Below, piece by piece: positions 23,501-64,000 of a stretch of DNA of 64,000 nucleotides. The position numbers and the translations under genes were made by a program. The stretch comes from Flaccisagitta enflata (taxonomy: Eukaryota), in contig OZ231126.1 of NCBI GenBank assembly GCA_965153355.1, positions 31,372,001 through 31,436,000 of the forward strand, given 5' to 3'. Numbering within the stretch: the first letter of the stretch is position 1; each line of letters starts with the position of its first letter. Under the pieces are notes generated by a model. That model saw only the letters and a list, made by a program, of their open reading frames with translations, did not search any database and had not been told where the DNA came from.

Positions 23501-24727
23501 TGCATTCTTTCTAGCACCTTGAGTTGCGCTTAATTCGCAGTTTCCTTAACTCTATTGGTAAGGACAAAAGTCATTTACGAAACAGTCACAGTTAGCCGCA
23601 AATTTTTTTGTTACTTGCCCGCACAATTCATCATGGAATATCAAAAGAAACTACTGAGGAAGAGACGGAAAGTCACATTCCAAAAAAACAAGGCCGGATA
23701 CACGGCTACCACGCGTATCAATAAAAAAAGACGTACTTTTGAATGGCTCATTGTGGCAACAAATTTCAATAAAACCTAATCAAATTTCAGACCATTGGAA
23801 AGTCCTTTTCATATGGTATTTCTATCTGTTTTCGTTTGTAAATGGCATTAGTTTGAATGAAAACTTTGCCTTTTCACTTTCACAATCCCTATATAAAAAG
23901 TGCATTTTAGCAAAATAGAGTTTCTCTTTGGAAGGCTCTAGCTCCTAAACCGTTTGAGATAAAGATCTGGGATGGGTCTAGAATGAAAGATCTTTCGAAA
24001 ATCTTCGAAAATGTCTCAAATAAAAAAAGTTTTAATCATTATTTGCATCTGTTTTATCAATGAAAAGAAAGGTTCGTCTTTTTTCTTTTATACGCGTGGT
24101 ACCCTAGTCGCGTGTGGGTGGGCAGGAGCAGTGCAGGAGAAGCTCACTAGGACATCTGGGCAGGAGCAGTATGCCCAAAAAGCTCAATAACGCCGAAAAA
24201 GTATAACGGGGACCAATTGACCGACCAACCAACCGACCGACCGACTGACATAGCAAGGTGTAGAGTCGCGTAGCACGCTACTAAAAAATGAGTCATTGTT
24301 TTAGAAGGCGTTGGACTTTTTGTTGGAGACACGGTTTTGAACTGACAGGTAATTTATTTCTTTAGATATAATTGCACATTCTTTGTTTGTCACGGTATGA
24401 CAAATTGGTAGATAGAAGTCAAATTGACCGTTTTTTATTTATGATTAAGACAGAATAAACGAAGTGCATACTTAAAATTCAATTAAAAATTCGTTAAAAG
24501 AAGCAAATTAACGAAGACATTATTATGAAAATTCTTTTGTTCTTGCTCTTTATTTTGAATTTCATTGTAATGTGCAGTAAATAAAAAGCCAACACAATAG
24601 CTATCTTTATAGTTTGACATTTCTAAAATGCACTTGTTAGTGTTGAACTTGGTTCCCCCTGGCAATCCATAATTATTCATGTCAGAGAGGGATATGATTA
24701 TAACACAAGTTAACAATTAAATTCGAA

Positions 24728-24788
<61 letters not shown>

Positions 24789-24897
24789 TAGAGAGCAAAC
24801 AGGTTACAAGTAACTCTTATGCATAAGCGCATGTCAGGTAGTGTGGAAAATGATGCCTCATAGTGAAGCTACCTTATAGCCAATATAGAAATAAGTA

Positions 24898-25676
24898 CAG
24901 TAGATGTCGTCTAGACTTAGAAATACGGGGGCCCTCATATCTTAAATACCATTTATGTAACTGAAATGAAACTGTGTGTGTATAATGCTTATGACCTGAA
25001 GGGGGGATGGCAGCTCTGTAGATGGAAAACTCCCTTGAATACATTCTATCAAATTCTCTTCATAGAATCAGCTTCAGAAGTTGGTCTAGTGGTTAACTCA
25101 CTTGACTTCAGATTAATCAGTTACTGATCTTTTCATTTAAGGTTCCAGGTTCAAACTTGTGGGCAATGACCTCACCCAGACTAGCACTGCATAATGGCTT
25201 AATGCAGGATCTGCCGTCCATAAAGGAAGTTCCAGACAATCTGCTTCCGGACATGACTTGGTGGCGCACCGAGGAAAGCCTCGGCTGCATGACCACATGG
25301 TCCCAGGACCGATCCTCCCCTGGGCACCTCCTTTCGGGAAGCGTGAGGACAGCTGTAAGCCACCTCAGGGGGAACGTCTCTACCCCTGTGCCTGGTTCCA
25401 AGTCCAGGACCCGAGTGCAGCACGTCTTGACCTAGCACACGTCTCTAGGTGTCAGCAGTATGACATCTTGCGGATCTTCTGTGTATCCACACTGGTGATC
25501 ATGTCGGGTTTTATAATAAAAGTTTTTTTCCTAAGCGAAGCTGTAGGGGGATACCATACCCCATTGTCAACCATTTAGGGTTTACACGTTACCCCTGCAA
25601 AATATCAGCCCCCTCACTTTACTAATACTCAGGTTATGAGCTCCCCCGTATTTCTAAGTCTAGACGACATCTACTG
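24898..25676. mobile_element. Non-autonomous TA-flanked TIR element (Tc1/mariner-like)
   Basis: About 34-bp TIR cagtagatgtcgtctagacttagaaatacggggg and its reverse complement; TA on both flanks. Confidence 0.85.
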
Positions 25677-25897
25677 TACAAAATCTCTTATGGGATAGCA
25701 AGTTGCCGCGTAGACGGGCCTGCCTTGATGGCGGGTGCGCTCTAGCGGTACTCTACTGTTATTTGGGTAATGAATAGCGCATTTCATATCAATTTGTAAC
25801 TGACTAGAATGTAACAAATCAATCTATAACGTTTGGTAATCGGGAGACCCACGTGGCTCATTTGCCAACAAGAAACTATTCAAATCTTGAATTTAGA

Positions 25898-45621
<19,724 letters not shown>

Positions 45622-46849
45622 GTTGGATCATTGCGATTATCAGTGTCATCAACAACGGGGTGGAGTTTGGGAGGTCATAGGTGTCATTTGGAAAAAAAGT
45701 CGAAGAGACGAAGTTCCTTCGGCTTTTCAGTTGCGTGCACGCGATTCTACAACCTGCTTTGTCCATCCGTCTGTTAGTCCATCCATCAAACTTTACATTT
45801 TTTAATACTTTTAGTTATTCTTAGACATTTTAGGTCATTTTTAGTCATTCTAAGTCATCATAAGTCATTTTAAGTCAATTTGAGTCATCCTAAGTTATTT
45901 TTGTCCCGCAGGCGACTTATAGGTGTTGGCCTTGTTGAGAGCTGCAGAGGGGGCATCCTCTGAATGACAAAATTCGTGCTTAAGTAAGAATTTTTTTCCG
46001 CTGAAGCACACTCTAATGCTTCAGTAGAATGAGAAAAAACTACTAGTGCTTTTTGCAATTTGAGCTTCAGTGGAATTGAACATTTTTTAACATTTTTTAA
46101 AATTTTACCTTTTTTAACATTTCGAAGTTTTTTTTAACACTTTTTGCTATTTTTTTATTATTTCTTAACTTTTTAAATATTTTTAACATTCTTAACATTT
46201 CAACATGTTTTTGCTCTTTTGTTTGTCATTTCCAGACTTTGGTCACGTTGCCTCTGGGCTTGTTTTTATCTGAAGAAATCAAGAAATCCACTGTATTCTT
46301 TTCACCTCCTCAATGTTCCTTTGTCAGAAAATAACATAATTCAACATCAACTTAGTTTTTATCCCTTGAAAAAAAATTGCAGGTAAGAAAACTTTTTTCC
46401 TTCAGAGACACAATAATCTAAACGATAGAAAACAAAATTTACAATAGAGACAAGATTCATAAAAAATATTGTAGGTAAGAAAACTTTTTTCCTTCAGAGA
46501 TGCAAAAGTTGAAATCAAAGAAAAAAACGGAAGCTGAAGAGGGAATACTTCAGTAAAAACAAGATTCACAAGAAAACAAAATGGAGATATTCAAAGGTGA
46601 CAGTTAAGAAAAAAAAAGGGGGCCTCTCTTGTTACAATTGAAAGAAATCAAATAAATTTCTTATATCACTTAAATAGCATTTGCACTCAATCATTTCACT
46701 GTAAAAAGAGGCCAAGAGTCAATCCAAAGTTCAGCACGAATTCCAGTTTCACTGAATCACAAAGTAGTGCTTCAGTGGAATGGTCCTTGACTGGCCTTTT
46801 TTCCAGATCAGAGTTCGTGATTCTACAGGGCGCTGGAACCTGGGAAGGG

Positions 46850-48330
46850 GGTTGGGTGGGATGGTGTGTCCCTAGAGTGGTCAAAGGGGTGGCCCGTGAG
46901 ATCTCAGGATCCCTCTCTAGGTTGTTCAACTGTTGCATGTGAGGGGCACTACCCTGCATGCTTCAAGGTGGCCAGGGTTGTCCCGGTGTTTAAGGGAGAG
47001 GACCCGACGGATTTTGCAATTATAGGAAGTGTTCTCCCAATCCTCTCTCAACTTTTTGAGAGAGTGATCAAGTCGAGGCTGGTGGGCTTCCTTGATAGGC
47101 ACCAGGTGATTGTCCCAGGGCAGTATGGGTTCAGGGCTGGGCACTCTACTGCCATGGCTGTCCTTGATATGGTTGAGAGGGTCGGGTGCATGGGGCCGTG
47201 GCATTGTAAAATTGACTCTTGCACATACGAGCACACACCACATCCCACCACTCCAAGCAAAAGCCCCATAACCAGCAAGAAACCCCCCCTTGGGAGTTAT
47301 CTGGGGGAGGTCTCAGTATGTGGTGTATGGGGGGCATGAGTCAGAGAGGGGAGTAGAGTGTGGGGTCCCACAGGGGTCAGTCCTGGGCCCACTTTTCTTC
47401 CTGGTCTATGTCAATGACATGGTAAGGGCTTGTGGTGGCCTGGATCTTGTCCTTTTTGCGGATGGACAAACTCTTCTAGGGAGCTGGCTGCCTGAGTTTT
47501 GGGAGGGTAAATGCGGGATTCAGAACTGCAGGCATGCACCCTCTGAACCTTAAAAAGACAGAGTATGTCTATTTTGGCAGACCGGGGGGTAGAGGCCCAC
47601 CAATAAAGGGGTTAGAGATAGGGGGTGAGCAGATAGGCAGAGTGGAGGGGGCTAGGTTTCTAGGGGTTTGGGTGGATGGGGGGCTGAGGTGGTCGGGGCA
47701 GATTGAGAAGGTCAGGACCAAGGTGGGGCAACTGCTGGGGGTGATTGGGAGGGCTAGCGCGGTCTTGGGGGGGCGGTGTCTTCTTTCCCTTTATAATGGG
47801 TTAGTCCTCCCACACCTCCAGTACTGTCTGATGGTGTGGGGAGATTTTAAAGGGGGGCGGAACCTCACACTTGGGGGTGCCCTCCTGAGGTACCAGAAGC
47901 GTTTTGCTGGCTTGGTGGCTGGTATCAGGGGGAGGTACCATGCTGACCCCTTGCTGGCTAGGTATGGGATTTTAAAGATCGGCGATCTTTATAGGCAGCA
48001 GCTGAGGGTGCATGCCTGGCAGTTCTGGAATGGCAGGCTCCCTGAAAACCAGGCAGCTATGCTGACTAGAACGGAGGATGTCCACGGATATTCCACCAGG
48101 TCTGCGAGGGCTGGGGTGTATCTCTCATCAAGGGACCATGGCTCGGTGGGGTATAGGATCCCGAGGGAGTGGGCTGGACTGGCTGAGAGTCAGAGGGGGG
48201 CTGGGTCGCTGGGGGCGTTCAAGAGGGGGTCCAAGGGGGGGTTTCTTGCTGGTTATGGGGCTTTTGAATGTGGAGTGGTGGGATGTGGTGTGTGCTCGTA
48301 TGTGCAAGTGTGATTTTACAATGCGGACAC
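46850..48330 (+). mobile_element. 5'-truncated non-LTR retrotransposon (LINE; CR1/L2/Jockey-type RT), frameshifted
   Basis: FKVARVVPVFKG, SVLPILSQLFERVI, QYGFRAGHST, GVPQGSVLGPLFFLVYVND, LFAD, LNLKKT, FLGVWVD, YNGLVLPHLQYC spread over ORFs 46866-47339, 47290-47553 and 47534-48313. Confidence 0.93.
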
Positions 48331-49822
48331 GGCTGACTGGATCTCGTTTCTTCAATCTATCTGAGATGGCAGTATAATTTGGCTTCCAATTTACGCTCGG
48401 TATTTCATCTCAAAAACACGCCCGTGATATTATATTTATGAATACAAAATTTTTCTATGCTTCGTGTAATATGTACCTTTTGTTGTACCTATTTGATTGA
48501 AATCGTTAATCGTTAAACATTGCTGACTGTATTTTTGCTCAGAGGCCTCTGGCTTGTTGCAATTAACATGTTCTACCTTTTCATTTGCAGAACTTTGTGT
48601 GAAAAAAGGGAAATCCCAAAAGCTCTGCAGGGCTTATTTATTGAATCACGAACTCTGATCTGGAAAAAAGGCCAGTCAAGGCCCATTCCACTGAAGCACT
48701 ACTTTGTGATTCAGTGAAACTGGAATTCGTGCTGAAGTGGATTGACTCTTGACCTCTTTTCATACTGAAATGATTGAGTGCAAATGTTTAAGTGATATAA
48801 AAAATTTATTTGATTTCTTTCAATTGTAACAAGAGAGGTTTTTTTTTTCTTAACTGTCAACTTTGAATATCTCCATTTTGTTTTCTTGTGAATCTTGTTT
48901 TTACTGTAAATATTTTTTTCTTTGATTTCAACTTTTGCATCTCTGAAGGAAAAAAGTTTTCTTACTTACAATATTTTTTATGAATCTTGTCTCTATTGTA
49001 AATTTTGTTTTCTATCGTTTAGATTATTGTGTCTCTGAAGGAAAAAAGTTTTCTTACCTGCAATTTTTTTTCAAGGGATAAAAACTAAGTTGATGTTGAA
49101 TTATGTTATTTTCTGACATTAAAGACATTGAGGGAGGTGAAAAGAATACAGTGGATTTCTTGATTTCTTCAGATAAAAACAAGCCCAAGAGGCAACAGTC
49201 GCGTGCGTCTGGAAATGACAAACAAAAGAGCAAAAACATGTTGAAATGTTAAGAATGTTAAAAATATTAAAAAAATTAAGAAATAATAAAAAAATAGCAA
49301 AAAGTGTTAAAAAAAACTTCGAAATGTTGAAAAAGGTAAAATTCTAAAAAATGTTAGAAAATGTTCAATTCCACTGAAGCTCAAATTGCAAAAAGCACTA
49401 GTAGTTTTTTCTCATTCTACTGAAGCATTAGAGTGTGCTTCAGCGGAAAAAAATTCTTACTTAAGCATGAATTTTGTCATTCAGAGGATGCCCCCTCTGC
49501 AGCTCTCAACAAGGCCAACACCTATAAGTCGCCTGCGGGACAAAAATAACTTAGGATGACTCAAATTGACTTAAAATGACTTATGATGACTTCAAATGAC
49601 TAAAAATGACCTAAAATGTCTAAGAATAACTAACAGTATTAAAAAATGTAAAGTTTGATGGATGGACTAACAGACGGATGGACAAAGCAGGTTGTAGAAT
49701 CGCGTGCACGCAACTGAAAAGCCGAAGGAACTTCGTCTCTTCGACTTTTTTTCCAAATGACACCTATGACCTCCCAAACTCCACCCCGTTGTTGATGACA
49801 CTGATAATCGCAATGATCCAAC

Positions 49823-59004
<9,182 letters not shown>

Positions 59005-59828
59005 TTTCTTTCTTGTTTCTCTCCTTCGAATTGTTTATTCAAAACTATGATATTTCTTCTTCTTTGTTGGCGATACGCTCAGCTTAGCTTAAAAAGATGT
59101 TGAATTGACGTGGAATTTATCAGGGACTGACGAAGGAAAAGGTTTTCGAGATTTCACTTCGTGATTCATTTTGTCTCGTTTTTTTTTCTTTTGACGAGTA
59201 ATGATTTGGCTACTTTTCCATATGGAAAATCCAAATTGCCAAAGTAACGAATCACTCGTTGAAAACGCGAGCTTGAAGCCGTGAATATGCGAGAGCGCGC
59301 GAGATCGAGTGCCGCGCCGGATGAGGCGAGCTGGAGGGCACGCGTCAGAGACGAATTTCAAGAGCTTTCATTCGAGAGCGCGTGAGTACGAGCATGGATG
59401 TAAGGGAGCTCCAAAGTTTGTCACGTCCACCTGACATTTTAAGACCACGTGAGGATCAAGAACAACTTACATAGAAAGTAAAAACTGAAAAGAAATCGAG
59501 ATTTTCTACTTTTTGCATCTAAAGGCATGTTTTTTGTCATATTTTTGACAAACACAGTAAATTTCCATGGATGAGGTGGACGTGGCGTCCCCTACATCCA
59601 TGGGCATGAGAGCGTGAGGCCGTAGGGGTTCCAAACCGCCTCGGTGCGCGAGATATTGAGGCCAAGAGCTGGAAGCCTGGAAGGGGAATGAAAGCGCGGA
59701 GTCGTCATCCAACTGCCTGCGTCACTTTACTTTGCAATCAATCGCAATTATTCACAAACTTTCCTTAGAAGTAACATTTTTTAACTTGTCTTGTTTTTAC
59801 GGAAACTGTGTGTGTGTGGGGGGGTGTA

Positions 59829-59935
<107 letters not shown>

Positions 59936-60652
59936 TTTTCCATTTTTAGTCGCGTTCACGCGACTCTACACCCCGCTTTGTCCGTTCGTCCGTCCGTCCA
60001 TCCGTCTGTCCGTCTGTCCGTCCGTCTGTCCGTCCGTCTGTTGGTCTGTCCGTCACACTTTAACTTTTTTAATCAATTTCATTTTGTTAAGTCATTTGAT
60101 GTCATTTAAGAGTATACTGAGTCATCCCAAGAGTCATTCTAAGTCATTCCAAGTCAATCTGTAAGTCTCGCAAGCGACTTATAGGTGTTGGCCTTGTTTT
60201 GGTAAAAATAAAACGCACCCGTAATCCATTCCATGTTCCATGCAAGGATGATCATGCCGACAACATGGTGGACAGCGTCAAGGAAAGGAAGTCAAAACTT
60301 GGTCCTCTTAATCCAAAGAAAAGTGATGAAGGCGAAAATGACAACGATGTCAACGACTATGACGACTATGACGACGAAGAAGACGATGTCGACGGCGATG
60401 ACAACAGTGTCAACGAACCAGTTGGTCGACCGGTCGCCATCTGCACTTCACAGGTTTTCTGCGACCACCTCATCGACATCGGCTACGGCTTCCGCTTCAA
60501 GCGATGTTCTTTATCCTACGTCCAAAGACAAGTCTGACGCTACGCCAACTGATACGTCTGACTCTACGCCAGTTGATCATCGACAAACTACAAAGCTCGA
60601 AAATACCGACGCTGCGTCAATTGACTTTGCTGATGAGACGCGTCACGAAGAA

Positions 60653-63928
<3,276 letters not shown>

Positions 63929-64000
63929 GTAAAGAGGTGCCTCATGAAGATCCATGAGATTCGTCGGACTATTTGTCCATCTGTAGTAGTCCAATTTCCG

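Noticed and set aside
25117-25578. GC-richer overlapping ORFs inside the TIR element as a transposase
   Set aside because: No DDE/D or HTH motif is recognisable.

Overview
Eukaryotic (metazoan-like) genomic DNA rich in introns, microsatellites and transposons. Manual exon chaining with GT-AG sites and consistent phases gives three spliced genes. (1) The 5' half of an OATP/SLCO transporter (minus strand, 11194->2413, continuing off the left edge). (2) A complete 10-exon 3-beta-hydroxysteroid dehydrogenase/isomerase-like SDR gene (minus strand, 34699->25898, about 384 aa). (3) Head-to-head with it, a mitochondrial-clan cytochrome P450 (plus strand, 36626->45621), for which no PERF or heme-binding exons were found. 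Together these form a candidate sterol/steroid-processing cluster. The right half of the window is a giant inverted duplication: 31264-46823 is mirrored by 48643-64000 around a LINE reverse-transcriptase fragment, giving second copies of the CYP and of HSD exons 1-6. Several details suggest the palindrome centre is a haplotype or fold-back mis-join. In all three genes, exon edges together with their splice sites are echoed as partial duplicates in the adjacent intron. The rest is MITEs, hAT- and Tc1-type non-autonomous elements, HINE/DINE-like repeats, a split Penelope-type GIY-YIG relic, tandem repeats and microsatellites. All calls were made by eye, without database searches.
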